Source of the DNA: Azolla caroliniana
Lineage: Eukaryota > Plantae > Polypodiophyta
Assembly (NCBI GenBank): GCA_043228905.1
Contig: JBHGNT010000026.1
Coordinates: forward strand, 310,001 to 374,000
Direction: 5' to 3'
Length of the DNA stretch: 64,000 bases
Made by a program: the position numbers and the translations under genes. The notes under the pieces were generated by a model. It made no database searches. It worked only from the letters and a program-made list of their open reading frames with translations, and had not been told where the DNA came from. This document shows, one piece after another, positions 6,670 through 21,800 of the stretch; within the stretch, counting starts at the first letter, position 1; each line of letters begins with the position of its first letter.

Positions 6670-8800
6670 CTTGAGTAAATTAAAATGGTCATACCTAGCG
6701 AGTGTGATATCGGATTTTTGTGTTCAAACATGCGAATCGAAGCTAACAACGCTAGCTATGATATGGAATTAAAAAATCAAGATTTTGAAATTCAGGTCGA
6801 GAGACATGACGAAATTAGCAAATTTTGAGGAGTGAGTTGAGAGGAGCCCTTGAGTGAATTAAAATGTTCATACCTAGCGAGTGTGATATCGGATTTTTGT
6901 GTTCAAACATGCGAATCGAAGCTAACAACGCTAGCTATGATATGGAATTAAAAAATCAAGATTTTGAAACTCAGGTCGAGAGACATGACGAAATTACCAA
7001 ATTTGAGGAGCGAGTTAAGAAGAGCTATTAGGTAAATTACAATGTTCATACCTGGCTCGTGTGATATCGGTTTTTTGTGTTCAAACATGCGAATCGAAGC
7101 TAACAACGCTAGCTATGATATGAAATTAAAAAATCAAGATTTTGAAACTCAGGTCGAGAGACATGACGAAATTAGCAACCTTGACGAGGGAGTTGAGAGG
7201 AGCCCTTGAGTAAATAAAAATGTTCATACCTAGCTCGTGTTATATCGGATTTTTGTGTTCAAACATGCGAATCGAAGCTAACAACGCTAGCAATAATATG
7301 GAATTAAAAAATCAAGATTTTAAAACTAAGGTCGAGAGACATGACGAAATTAGCAAATTTGAGGAGTGAGTTGAGAGGAGCCCTTGAGTAAATTAAAATG
7401 GTCATACCTAGCGAGTGTGATATCGGATTTTTGTGTTCAAACATGCGAATCGAAGCTAACAATGCTAGCTATGATATGGAATTAAAAAATCAAGATTTTG
7501 AAACTCAGGTCGAGAGACATGACGAAATTAGCAAATTTGAGGAGTGAGTTGAGAGGAGCCCTTGAGTAAATTAAAATGGTCATACCTAGCGAGTGTGATA
7601 TCGGATTTTTGTGTTCAAACATGCGAATCTAACCTAACAACGCTAGCTATGATATAGAATTAAAAAAGCAAGATTTTGAAACTCAGGTCGAGAGTCATGA
7701 CGAAATTAGCAAATTTGAGGAGTGAGTTGAGAGGAGCCCTTGAGTAAATTAAAATGGTCATACCTAGCGAGTGTGATATCGGATTTTTGTGTTCAAACAT
7801 GCGAATCGAAGCTAACAACGCTAGCTATGATATGGAATTAAAAAATCAAGATTTTGAAATTCAGGTCGAGAGACATGACGAAATTAGCAAATTTTGAGGA
7901 GTGAGTTGAGAGGAGCCCTTGAGTGAATTAAAATGTTCATACCTAGCGAGTGTGATATCGGATTTTTGTGTTCAAACATGCGAATCGAAGCTAACAACGC
8001 TAGCTATGATATGGAATTAAAAAATCAAGATTTTGAAACTCAGGTCGAGAGACATGACGAAATTACCAAATTTGAGGAGCGAGTTAAGAAGAGCTATTAG
8101 GTAAATTACAATGTTCATACCTGGCTCGTGTGATATCGGTTTTTTGTGTTCAAACATGCGAATCGAAGCTAACAACGCTAGCTATGATATGGAATTAAAA
8201 AATCAAGATTTTGAAACTCAGGTCGAGAGACATGACGAAATTAGCAACCTTGACGAGGGAGTTGAGAGGAGCCCTTGAGTAAATAAAAATGTTCATACCT
8301 AGCTCGTGTTATATCGGATTTTTGTGTTCAAACATGCGAATCGAAGCTAACAACGCTAGCAATAATATGGAATTAAAAAATCAAGATTTTAAAACTAAGG
8401 TCGAGAGACATGACGAAATTAGCAAATTTGAGGAGTGAGTTGAGAGGAGCCCTTGAGTAAATTAAAATGGTCATACCTAGCGAGTGTGATATCGGATTTT
8501 TGTGTTCAAACATGCGAATCGAAGCTAACAATGCTAGCTATGATATAGAATTAAAAAATCAAGATTTTGAAACTCAGGTCGAGAGACATGACGAAATTAG
8601 CAAATTTGAGGAGTGAGTTGAGAGGAGCCCTTGAGTAAATTAAAATGGTCATACCTAGCGAGTGTGATATCGGATTTTTGTGTTCAAACATGCGAATCTA
8701 ACCTAACAACGCTAGCTATGATATAGAATTAAAAAAGCAAGATTTTGAAACTCAGGTCGAGAGTCATGACGAAATTAGCAAATTTGAGGAGTGAGTTGAG
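6670..8800. repeat. Tandem duplication of a 6-monomer block (period 1069 bp)
   Basis: The private variant GAAATTCAGG, followed by the +1 T variant GCAAATTTTGAGG, occurs at 6787 and 7856. Boundaries are approximate. Confidence 0.85.
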
Positions 8801-11199
8801 AGGAGCCCTTGAGTAAATTAAAATGGTCATACCTAGCGAGTGTGATATCGGATTTTTGTGTACAAATATGCGAATCGAAGCTAACAACGCTAGCTATGAT
8901 ATGGAATTAAAAAATCAAGATTTTGAAACTCAGGTCGAGAGACATGAAGAAATTAGCAAATTTGAGGAGTGAGGTTGGAAGAGCGCGTGAGTGAATTAAA
9001 ATGTTCATACCTGGCTCGTGTGATATCGCATTTTTGTGTTCAAACATGCGAATCGAAGCTAACAACGCTAGCTATGATATGGAATTAAAAAATCAAGATT
9101 TTGAAAATCAGGTCGAGAGGCATGACGAAATTAGCAAATTTGAGGAGTGAGTTGAGAGGAGCCCTTGAGTAAATTAAAATGTTCATACCTAGCGAGCGTG
9201 ATATCGGATTTTTGTGTTCAAACATGCGAATCGAAGCTAAAAACGCTAGCTATGATATGGAATTAAAAAATCAAGATTTTGAAACTCAGGTCGAGAGACA
9301 TGACTAAATTACCAAATTTGAGGAGGGGGTTGAGAGGGGCCCTTGAGTAAATTAAAATGTTCATACCTAGCTCGTGTGATATCGGATTTTTGTGTTCAAA
9401 CATGCGAATCGAAGCTAACAACGCTAGCTCTGATATGGAATAAAAAAAGCAAGATTTTGAAACTCAGGTCAAGAGACATGACGAAATTAGTAAATTTGAG
9501 GAGTGAGTTGAGAGGAGCCCTTGAGTAAATTAAAATGTTCATACATAGCGAGTGTGATATCGGATTTTTGTGTACAAACATGCGAATCGAAGCTAACAAC
9601 GCTAGCTATGATATGGAATTAAAAAATCAAGATTTTGAAACTCATGTCGAGAGGCATGACGAAATTAGCAAATTTGAGGAGTGAGTTGAGAGGAGCCCGT
9701 GAGTAAATTAAAATGTTCATACCTGGCTCGTGTGATATCGGATTTTTGTGTTCAAACATCCGAATCGAAGCTAACAACGCTAGCTATGATATGGAATAAA
9801 AAAAACAAGATTTTGAAACTCAGGTCAAGAGACATGACGAAATTAGCAAATTTGAGGAGTGAGTTAAGAGGAGCCCTTGAGTAAATTAAAATGTTCATAC
9901 ATAGCGAGTGTGATATCGCATTTTTGTGTACAAACATGCGAATCGAAGCTAACAACGCTAGCTATGATATGGAATTAAAAAATCAAGATTTTGAAACTCA
10001 GGTCGAGAGACATGACGAAATTACCAAATTTGAGGAGTGAGGTTGGAAGAGCGCGTGAGTGAATTAAAATGTTCATACCTGGCTCGTGTGATATCGCATT
10101 TTTGTGTTCAAACATGCGAATCGAAGCTAACAACGCTAGCTATGATATGGAATTAAAAAATCAAGATTTTGAAAATCAAGTCGAGAGACATGACGAAACT
10201 ACCAAATTTGAGGAGTGAGTTGAGAGGAGCCCTTGAGTAAATTAAAATGTTCATACCTAGCGAGCGTGATGTCGGATTTTTGTGTTCAAACATGCGAATC
10301 GAAGCTAAAAACGCTAGCTATGATATGGAATTAAAAAATCAAGATTTTGAAACTCAGGTCGAGAGACATGACGAAATTACCAAATTTGAGGAGGGAGTTG
10401 AGAGGGGCCCTTGAGTAAATTAAAATGTTCATACCTAGCTCGTGTGATATCGGATTTTTGTGTTCAAACATGCGAATCAAACCTAACAACGCTAGCTATG
10501 ATATGGAATTACAAAATCAAGATTTTGAAACTCCAGGCGAGAGACATGACGACATTACCAAATTTGAGGAGTGAGGTTGGAAGAGCGCGTGAGTGAATTA
10601 AAATGTTCATACCTGGCTCGTGTGATATCGGATTTTTGTGTACAAACATGCGAATCGAAGCTAACAATGCTAGCTATGATATGGAATTAAAAAATCAAGA
10701 TTTTGAAACTCAGGTCGAGAGACATGAAGAAATTACCAAATTTGAGGAGTGAGGTTGGAAGAGCGCGTGAGTAAATTACAATGTTCATACCTGGCTCGTG
10801 TCATATCGGATTTTTGTGTTCAAACCTGCGAATCGAAGCTAACAACGCTAGGTATGATATGGAATTACAAAATCAAGATTTTGAAACCCCAGGCGAGAGA
10901 CATGACGAAATTACCAAATTTGAGGAGTGAGGTTGGAAGAGCGCGTGAGTGAATTAAAAGGTTCATTCCTGGCTCGTGTGATATCGGATTTTTGTGTTCA
11001 AACATGCGAATCGAAGCTAACAGCGCTAGCTATGATATGGAATTAAAAAATCAAGATTTTGAAACTCAGGTCGAGACACATGACGAAATTACCAAATTTG
11101 AGCAGTGAGTTGAGAGGAGCCCTTGAGTAAATTAAAATGGTCATACCTAGCGAGTGTGCTATTGGATTTTTGTGTACAAACATGCGAATCGAAGCTAAC

Positions 11200-12560
11200 A
11201 ACGCTAGCTATGATATGGAATTAAAAAATCAAGATTTTGAAACTCAGATCGAGAGACATGACGTAATTTCCAAATTTCAGGAGGGAGTTGAGAAGAGCTA
11301 GTAGGTAAATTATAATGTTCATACCTGGCTCGTGTGATATCGGATTTTTGTGTTCAAACCTGCGAATCGAAGCTAACAACGCTAGCTATGATATGGAATT
11401 ACAAAATCAAGATTTTGAAACTCCAGGCGAGAGACATGAAGACATTACCAAATTTGAGGAGTGAGGTCGGAAGAGCGCGTGAGTGAATTAAAATGTTCAT
11501 ACCTGGCTCGTGTGATATCGGATTTTTGTGTACAAACATGCGAATCGAAGCTAACAACGCTAGCTATGATATGGAATTAAAAAATCAAGATTTTGAAACT
11601 CAAATAGAGAGACATGACGTAATTTCCAAATTTCAGGAGGGAGTTGAGAAGAGCTAGTAGGTAAATTATAATGTTCATACCTGGCTCGTGTGATATCGGA
11701 TTTTTGTGTTCAAACCTGCGAATCGAAGCTAACAACGCTAGCTATGATATGGAATTACAAAATCAAGATTTTGAAACTCCAGGCGAGAGACATGACGACA
11801 TTACCAAATTTGAGGAGTGAGGTTGGAAGAGCGCGTGAGTGAATTAAAATGTTCATACCTGGCTCGTGTGATATCGGATTTTTGTGTACAAACATGCGAA
11901 TCGAAGCTAACAACGCTAGCTATGATATGGAATTAAAAAATCAAGATTTTGAAACTCAGATCGAGAGACATGACGTAATTTTCCAAATTTCAGGAGGGAG
12001 TTGAGAAGAGCTAGTAGGTAAATTATAATGTTCATACCTGGCTCGTGTGATATCGGATTTTTGTGTTGAAACCTGCGAATCGAAGCTAACAACGCTAGCT
12101 ATGATATGGAATTACAAAATCAAGATTTTGAAACTCCAGGCGAGAGACATGACGACATTACCAAATTTGAGGAGTGAGGTTGGAAGAGCGCGTGAGTGAA
12201 TTAAAATGTTCATACCTGGCTCGTGTGATATCGGATTTTTGTGTACAAACATGCGAATCGAAGCTAACAACGCTAGCTATGATATGGAATTAAAAAATCA
12301 AAATTTTGAAACTCAGGTCGAGAGACATGACGAAATTTCCAAATTTGAGGACGGAGTTGAGAAGAGCTAGTAGGTAAATTACAATGTTCATACCTGGTTC
12401 GTGTGATATCGGATTTTTGTGTTCAAACATGCGAATCGAAGCTAACAACGCTAGCTATGATATGGAATTACAAAATCAAGATTTTGAAACTCCAGTCGAG
12501 AGACATGACGATATTACCAAATTTGAGGAGTGAGGTTGGAAGAGCGCCTGAGTGAATTAA
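11200..12560. repeat. Dimeric (356-bp) higher-order repeat, ~4 copies
   Basis: GAGAAGAGCTAGTAGG-type and GGAAGAGCGCGTGAG-type monomers alternate, with the former near 11290, 11645, 12003 and 12360. The pattern recurs near 15850-16900. Confidence 0.8.
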
Positions 12561-12859
12561 AATGTTCATACCTGGCTCGTGTGATATCGGATTTTTGTGT
12601 TCAAACATGCGAATCGAAGCTAGCAACGCTAGCTATGATATGGAATTAAAAAATCAAGATTTTGAAACTCAGGTCGTGAGGCATGACGAAATTAGCAAAT
12701 TTGAGGAGTGAGTTGAGAGGAGCCCTTGAGTAAATTAAAATGTTCATACCTGGCTCGTGTGATATCGGATTTTTGTGTTCAAACATCCGAATCGAAGCTA
12801 ACAACGCTAGCTATGATATGGAATTAAAAAATCAAGATTTTGAAACTCAGGTCGAGAGA

Positions 12860-15800
12860 CATGAAGAAATTACCAAATTTGAGGAGTGAGGTTGGAAGAG
12901 CGCGTGAGTGAATTAAAATGTTCATACCTGGCTCGTGTGATATCGGATTTTTGTGTTCAAACATTGGAATCGAAGCTAACAACGCTAGCTATGATATAGA
13001 ATGAAAAAATCAAGATTTTGAAACTCAGGTCGAGAGACATGACGAAATTACCAAATTTGAGAGGGGCCCTTGAGTCAATTAAAATGTTCATACCTAGCTC
13101 GTGTGATATCAGATTTTTGTGTTCAAACATGCGAATCAAACCTAACAACGCTAGCTATGATATAGAATTAAAAAGGCAAGATTTTGAAACTCAGGTCGAG
13201 AGACATGAAGAAATTACCAAATTTGAGGAGGGAGTTAAGAATGTTCATACCTGGCTCGTGTGATATCGGATTTTTGTGTTAAAACATTGGAATCGAAGCT
13301 AACAACGCTAGGTATGATATAGAATTAAAAAATCAAGATTTTGAAACTCAGGTCGAGAGACATAAAGAAATTACCAAATTTGAGGAGGGAGTTAAGAAGA
13401 GCTATTAGGTAAATTACAATGTTCATACCTGGCTCGTGTGATATCGGATTTTTGTGTTAAAACATTGGAATCGAAGCTAACAACGCTAGGTATGATATAG
13501 AATTAAAAAATCAAGATTTTGAAACTCAGGTCGAGAGACATGACGAAATTACCAAATTTGAGGAGTGAGTTGAGAGGAGCCCTTGAGTAAATTAAAATGG
13601 TCATACCTAGCGAGTGTGATATCGGATTTTTGTGTACAAACATGCGAATCGAAGCTAACAACGCTAGCTATGATATGGAATTAAAAAATCAAGATTTTTA
13701 AACTCAGGTCGAGAGACATGACGAAATTTCCAAATTTCAGGAGGGAGTTGAGAAGAGCTAGTAGGTAAATTATAATGTTCATACCTGGTTCGTGTGATAT
13801 CGGATTTTTGTGTTCAAACATGCGAATCGAAGCTAAAAACGCTAGCTATGATATGGAATTAAAAAATCAAGATTTTGCAACTCAAGTCGAGAGACATGAA
13901 GAAATTACCAAATTTGAGGAGTGAGGTTGGAAGAGCGCGTGAGTGAATTAAAATGTTCATACCTGGCTCGTGTGATATCGGATTTCTGTGTTCAAACATG
14001 CGAATCGAAGCTAACAACGCTAGCTATGATATGGAATGAAAAAATCAAGATTTTGAAACTCAGGTCGAGAGACATGACGAAATTACCAAATTTGAGGAGG
14101 GGGTTGAGAGGGGCCCTTGAGTCAATTAAAATGTTCATACCTAGCTCGTGTGATATCAGATTTTTGTGTTCAAACATGCGAATCAAACCTAACAACGCTA
14201 GCTATGATATAGAATTAAAAAAGCAAGATTTTGAAACTCAGGTCGAGAGACATGAAGAAATTACCAAATTTGAGGAGGGAGTTAAGAATGTTCATACCTG
14301 GCTCCTGTGATATCGGATTTTTGTGTTAAAACATTGGAATCGAAGCTAACAACGCTAGGTATGATATAGAATTAAAAAATCAAGATTTTGAAACTCAGGT
14401 CGAGAGACATGAAAAAATTACCAAATTTGAGGAGGGAGTTAAGAAGAGCTATTAGGTAAATTACAATGTTCATACCTGGCTCGTGTGATATCGGATTTTT
14501 GTGTTAAAACATTGGAATCGAAGCTAACAACGCTAGGTATGATATAGAATTAAAAAATCAAGATTTTGAAACTCAGGTCGAGAGACATGACGAAATTACC
14601 AAATTTGAGGAGTGAGTTGAGAGGAGCCCTTGAGTAAATTAAAATGGTCATACCTAGCGAGTGTGATATCGGATTTTTGTGTACAAACATGCGAATCGAA
14701 GCTAACAACGCTAGCTATGATATGGAATTAAAAAATCAAGATTTTTAAACTCAGGTCGAGAGACATGACGAAATTTCCAAATTTCAGGAGGGAGTTGAGA
14801 AGAGCTAGTAGGTAAATTATAATGTTCATACCTGGTTCGTGTGATATCGGATTTTTGTGTTCAAACATGCGAATCGAAGCTAAAAACGCTAGCTATGATA
14901 TGGAATTAAAAAATCAAGATTTTGCAACTCAAGTCGAGAGACATGAAGAAATTACCAAATGTGAGGAGTGAGGTTGGAAGAGCGCGTGAGTGAATTAAAA
15001 TGTTCATACCTGGCTCGTGTGATATCGGATTTCTGTGTTCAAACATGCGAATCGAAGCTAACAACGCTAGCTATGATATGGAATGAAAAAATCAAGATTT
15101 TGAAACTCAGGTCGAGAGACATGACGAAATTACCAAATTTGAGGAGGGGGTTGAGAGGGGCCCTTGAGTCAATTAAAATGTTCATACCTAGCTCGTGTGA
15201 TATCAGATTTTTGTGTTCAAACATGCGAATCAAACCTAACAACGCTAGCTATGATATAGAATTAAAAAAGCAAGATTTTGAAACTCAGGTCGAGAGACAT
15301 GAAGAAATTACCAAATTTGAGGAGGGAGTTAAGAATGTTCATACCTGGCTCCTGTGATATCGGATTTTTGTGTTAAAACATTGGAATCGAAGCTAACAAC
15401 GCTAGGTATGATATAGAATTAAAAAATCAAGATTTTGAAACTCAGGTCGAGAGACATGAAGAAATTACCAAATTTGAGGAGGGAGTTAAGAAGAGCTATT
15501 AGGTAAATTACAATGTTCATACCTGGCTCGTGTGATATCGGATTTTTGTGTTAAAACATTGGAATCGAAGCTAACAACGCTAGGTATGATATAGAATTAA
15601 AAAATCAAGATTTTGAAACTCAGGTCGAGAGACATGACGAAATTACCAAATTTGAGGAGTGAGTTGAGAGGAGCCCTTGAGTAAATTAAAATGGTCATAC
15701 CTAGCGAGTGTGATATCGGATTTTTGTGTACAAACATGCGAATCGAAGCTAACAACGCTAGCTATGATATGGAATTAAAAAATCAAGATTTTTAAACTCA

Positions 15801-18800
15801 GGTCGAGAGACATGACGAAATTTCCAAATTTCAGGAGGGAGTTGAGAAGAGCTAGTAGGTAAATTATAATGTTCATACCTGGTTCGTGTGATATCGGATT
15901 TTTGTGTTCAAACATGCGAATCGAAGCTAAAAACGCTAGCTATGATATGGAATTAAAAAATCAAGATTATGAAACTCAGATCGAGAGACATGACGTAATT
16001 TTCCAAATTTCAGGAGGGAGTTGAGAAGAGGTAGTAGGTAAATTATAATGTTCATACCTGGCTCGTGTGATATCGGATTTTTGTGTTCAAACCTGCGAAT
16101 CGAAGCTAACAACGCTAGCTATGATATGGAATTACAAAATCAAGATTTTGAAACTCCAGGCGAGAGACATGACGACATTACCAAATTTGAGGAGTGAGGT
16201 CGGAAGAGCGCGTGAGTGAATTAAAATGTTCATACCTGGCTCGTGTGATATCGGATTTTTGTGTACAAACATGCGAATCGAAGCTAACAACGCTAGCTAT
16301 GATATGGAATTAAAAAATCAAGATTTTGAAACTCAAATAGAGAGACATGACGTAATTTCCAAATTTCAGGAGGGAGTTGAGAAGAGCTAGTAGGTAAATT
16401 ATAATGTTCATACCTGGCTCGTGTGATATCGGATTTTTGTGTTCAAACCTGCGAATCGAAGCTAACAACGCTAGCTATGATATGGAATTACAAAATCAAG
16501 ATTTTGAAACTCCAGGCGAGAGACATGACGACATTACCAAATTTGAGGAGTGAGGTTGGAAGAGCGCGTGAGTGAATTAAAATGTTCATACCTGGCTCGT
16601 GTGATATCGGATTTTTGTGTACAAACATGCGAATCGAAGCTAACAACGCTAGCTATGATATGGAATTAAAAAATCAAAATTTTTAAACTGAGGTCGAGAG
16701 ACATGACGAAATTTCCAAATTTGAGGACGGAGTTGAGAAGAGCTAGTAGGTAAATTACAATGTTCATACCTGGTTCGTGTGATATCGGATTTTTGTGTTC
16801 AAACATGCGAATCGAAGCTAACAACGCTAGCTATGATATGGAATTACAAAATCAAGATTTTGAAACTCCAGTCGAGAGACATGACGATATTACCAAATTT
16901 GAGGAGTGAGGTTGGAAGAGCGTGTGAGTGAATTAAAATGTTCATACCTGGCTCGTGTGATATCGGATTTTTGTGTTCAAACATGCGAATCGAAGCTAGC
17001 AACGCTAGCTATGATATGGAATTAAAAAATCAAGATTTTGAAACTCAGGTCGTGAGGCATGACGAAATTAGCAAATTTGAGGAGTGAGTTGAGAGGAGCC
17101 CTTGAGTAAATTAAAATGTTCATACCTGGCTCGTGTGATATCGGATTTTTGTGTTCAAACATCCGAATCGAAGCTAACAACGCTAGCTATGATATGGAAT
17201 TAAAAAATCAAGATTTTGAAACTCAGGTCGAGAGACATGAAGAAATTACCAAATTTGAGGAGTGAGGTTGGAAGAGCGCGTGAGTGAATTAAAATGTTCA
17301 TACCTGGCTCGTGTGATATCGGATTTTTGTGTTCAAACATTGGAATCGAAGCTAACAACGCTAGCTATGATATAGAATGAAAAAATCAAGATTTTGAAAC
17401 TCAGGTCGAGAGACATGACGAAATTACCAAATTTGAGGAGGGGGTTGAGAGGGGCCCTTGAGTCAATTAAAATGTTCATACCTAGCTCGTGTGATATCAG
17501 ATTTTTGTGTTCAAACATGCGAATCAAACCTAACAACGCTAGCTATGATATAGAATTAAAAAAGCAAGATTTTGAAACTCAGGTCGAGAGACATGAAGAA
17601 ATTACCAAATTTGAGGAGGGAGTTAAGAATGTTCATACCTGGCTCGTGTGATATCGGATTTTTGTGTTAAAACATTGGAATCGAACCTAACAACGCTAGG
17701 TATGATATAGAATTAAAAAATCAAGATTTTGAAACTCAGGTCGAGAGACATGAAGAAATTACCAAATTTGAGGAGGGAGTTAAGAAGAGCTATTAGGTAA
17801 ATTACAATGTTCATACCTGGCTCGTGTGATATCGGATTTTTGTGTAAAAACATTGGAATCGAAGCTAACAACGCTAGGTATGATATAGAATTAAAAAATC
17901 AAGATTTTGAAACTCAGGTCGAGAGACATGACGAAATTACCAAATTTGAGGAGTGAGTTGAGAGGAGCCCTTGAGTAAATTAAAATGGTCATACCTAGCG
18001 AGTGTGATATCGGATTTTTGTGTACAAACATGCGAATCGAAGCTAACAACGCTAGCTATGATATGGAATTAAAAAATCAAGATTTTTAAACTCAGGTCGA
18101 GAGACATGACGAAATTTCCAAATTTCAGGAGGGAGTTGAGAAGAGCTAGTAGGTAAATTATAATGTTCATACCTGGTTCGTGTGATATCGGATTTTTGTG
18201 TTCAAACATGCGAATCGAAGCTAAAAACGCTAGCTATGATATGGAATTAAAAAATCAAGATTTTGCAACTCGGGTCGAGAGACATGAAGAAATTACCAAA
18301 TTTGAGGAGTGAGGTTGGAAGAGCGCGTGAGTGAATTAAAATGTTCATACCTGGCTCGTGTGATATCGGATTTCTATGTTCAAACATGCGAATCGAAGCT
18401 AACAACGCTAGCTATGATATGGAATGAAAAAATCAAGATTTTGAAACTCAGGTCGAGAGACATGACGAAATTACCAAATTTGAGGAGGGGGTTGAGAGGG
18501 GCCCTTGAGTCAATTAAAATGTTCATACCTAGCTCGTGTGATATCAGATTTTTGTGTTCAAACATGCGAATCAAACCTAACAACGCTAGCTATGATATAG
18601 AATTAAAAAAGCAAGATTTTGAAACTCAGGTCGAGAGACATGAAGAAATTACCAAATTTGAGGAGGGAGTTAAGAATGTTCATACCTGGCTCGTGTGATA
18701 TCGGATTTTTGTGTTAAAACATTGGAATCGAAGCTAACAACGCTAGGTATGATATAGAATTAAAAAATCAAGATTTTGAAACTCAGGTCGAGAGACATGA

Positions 18801-21800
18801 AGAAATTACCAAATTTGAGGAGGGAGTTAAGAAGAGCTATTAGGTAAATTACAATGTTCATACCTGGCTCGTGTGATATCGGATTTTTGTGTTAAAACAT
18901 TGGAATCGAAGCTAACAACGCTAGGTATGATATAGAATTAAAAAATCAAGATTTTGAAACTCAGGTCGAGAGACATGACGAAATTACCAAATTTGAGGAG
19001 TGAGTTGAGAGGAGCCCTTGAGTAAATTAAAATGGTCATACCTAGCGAGTGTGATATCGGATTTTTGTGTACAAACATGCGAATCGAAGCTAACAACGCT
19101 AGCTATGATATGGAATTAAAAAATCAAGATTTTTAAACTCAGGTCGAGAGACATGACGAAATTTCCAAATTTCAGGAGGGAGTTGAGAAGAGCTAGTAGG
19201 TAAATTATAATGTTCATACCTGGTTCGTGTGATATCGGATTTTTGTGTTCAAACATGCGAATCGAAGCTAAAAACGCTAGCTATGATATGGAATTAAAAA
19301 ATCAAGATTTTGTAACTCAAGTCGAGAGACATGAAGAAATTACCAAATTTGAGGAGTGAGGTTGGAAGAGCGCGTGAGTGAATTAAAATGTTCATACCTG
19401 GCTCGTGTGATATCGGATTTCTGTGTTCAAACATGCGAATCGAAGCTAACAACGCTAGCTATGATATGGAATGAAAAAATCAAGATTTTGAAACTCAGGT
19501 CGAGAGACATGACGAAATTACCAAATTTGAGGAGGGGGTTGAGAGGGGCCCTTGAGTCAATTAAAATGTTCATACCTAGCTCGTGTGATATCAGATTTTT
19601 GTGTTCAAACATGCGAATCAAACCTAACAACGCTAGCTATGATATAGAATTAAAAAAGCAAGATTTTGAAACTCAGGTCGAGAGACATGAAGAAATTACC
19701 AAATTTGAGGAGGGAGTTAAGAAGAGCTATTAGGTAAATTACAATGTTCATACCTGGCTCGTGTGATATCGGATTTTTGTGTTCAAACATTGGAATCGAA
19801 ACTAACAACGCTAGGTATGATATAGAATTAAAAAATCAACATTTTGAAACTCAGGTCGAGAGACATGACGAAATTACCAAATTTGAGGAGTGAGTTAAGA
19901 AGAGCTATTAGGTAAATTATAATGTTCATACCTGGCTCGTGTGATATCGGATTTCTGTGTTCAAACATGCGAATCGAAGCTAATAACGCTAGCTATGATA
20001 TGGAATTAAAAAATCAATATTTTGAAACTCAGGTCGAGAGACATGACGAAATTAGCAAATTTGAGGAGTGAGTTGAGATGAGCCCTTGAGTAAATTAAAA
20101 TGTTCATACCTAGCGAGTGTGATATCGGATTTTTGTGTACAAACATGCGAATCGAAGCTAACAACACTAGCTATGATATGGAATTAAAAAATCAAGATTT
20201 TGAAACTCAGGTCGAGAGACATGAAGAAATTACCAAATTTGAGGAGGGAGTTAAGAAGAGCTATTAGGTAAATTACAATGTTCATACCTGGCTCGTGTGA
20301 TATCGGATTTTTGTGTTAAAACATTGGAATCGAAGCTAACAACGCTAGGTATGATATAGAATTAAAAAATCAAGATTTTGAAACTCAGGTCGAGAGACAT
20401 GACGAAATTACCAAATTTGAGGAGTGAGGTTAGAAGAGCGCGTGAGTGAATTAAAATGTTCATACCTGGCTCGTGTGATATCGGATTTTTGTGTTCAAAC
20501 CTGCGAATCGAAGCTAACAACGCTAGCTATGATATGGAATTACAAAATCAAGATTTTGAAACTCCAGGCGAGAGACATGACGAAATTACCAAATTTGAGG
20601 ACTGAGGTTGGAAGAGCGCGTGAGTGAATTAAAATGTTCATACCTGGCTCGTGTGATATCGGATTTTTGTGTACAAACATGCGAATCGAAGCTAACAACG
20701 CTAGCTATGATATGGAATTAAAAAATCAAGATTTTGAAACCCAGGTCGCGAGACATGACGAAATTAGCAAATTTGAGGAGTGAGTTGAGAGGAGCCCTTG
20801 AGTAAATTAAAATGTTCATACCTGGCTCGTGTGATATCAGATTTTTGTGTTCAAACATGCGAATCGAAGCTAACAACGCTAGCTATGATATGGAATTAAA
20901 AAATCAAGATTTTGAAACTCAGGTCAAGAGACATGACGAAATTAGCAAATTTGAGGAGTGAGTTGAGAGGAGCCCTTGAGTAAATTAAAATGGTCATACA
21001 TAGCGAGTGTGATATCGGATTTTTGTGTACAAGCATGCGAATCGAAGCTAACAACGCTAGCTATGATATGGAATTAAAAAATCAAGATTTTGAAACTCAG
21101 GTCGAGAGACATGACGAAATTACCAAATTTGAGGAGGGAGTTGAGAGGGACCCTTGAGTAAATTAAAATGGTCATACCTAGCGAGTGTGATATCGGATTT
21201 TTGTGTACAAACATGCGAATCGAAGCTAACAACGCTAGCTATGATATGGAATTAAAAAATCAAGATTTTGAAACTCAGGTCGAGAGACATGAAGAAATTA
21301 CCAAATTTGAGGAGTGAGGTTGGAAGAGCGCGTGAGTGAATTAAAATGTTCATACCTGGCTCGTGTGATATCGGATTTTTGTGTTCAAACATTGGAATCG
21401 AAGCTAACAACGCTAGCTATGATATAGAATGAAAAAAATCAAGATTTTGAAACTCAGGTCGAGAGACATGACGAAATTACCAAATTTGAGGAGGGGGTTG
21501 AGAGGGGCCCTTGAGTCAATTAAAATGTTCATACCTAGCTCGTGTGATATCAGATTTTTGTGTTCAAACATGCGAATCAAACCTAACAACGCTAGCTATG
21601 ATATAGAATTAAAAAAGCAAGATTTTGAAACTCAGGTCGAGAGACATGAAGAAATTACCAAATTTGAGGAGGGAGTTAAGAATGTTCATACCTGGTTCGT
21701 GTGATATCGGATTTTTGTGTTAAAACATTGGAATCGAAGCTAACAACGCTAGGTATGATATAGAATTAAAAAATCAAGATTTTGAAACTCAGGTCGAGAG

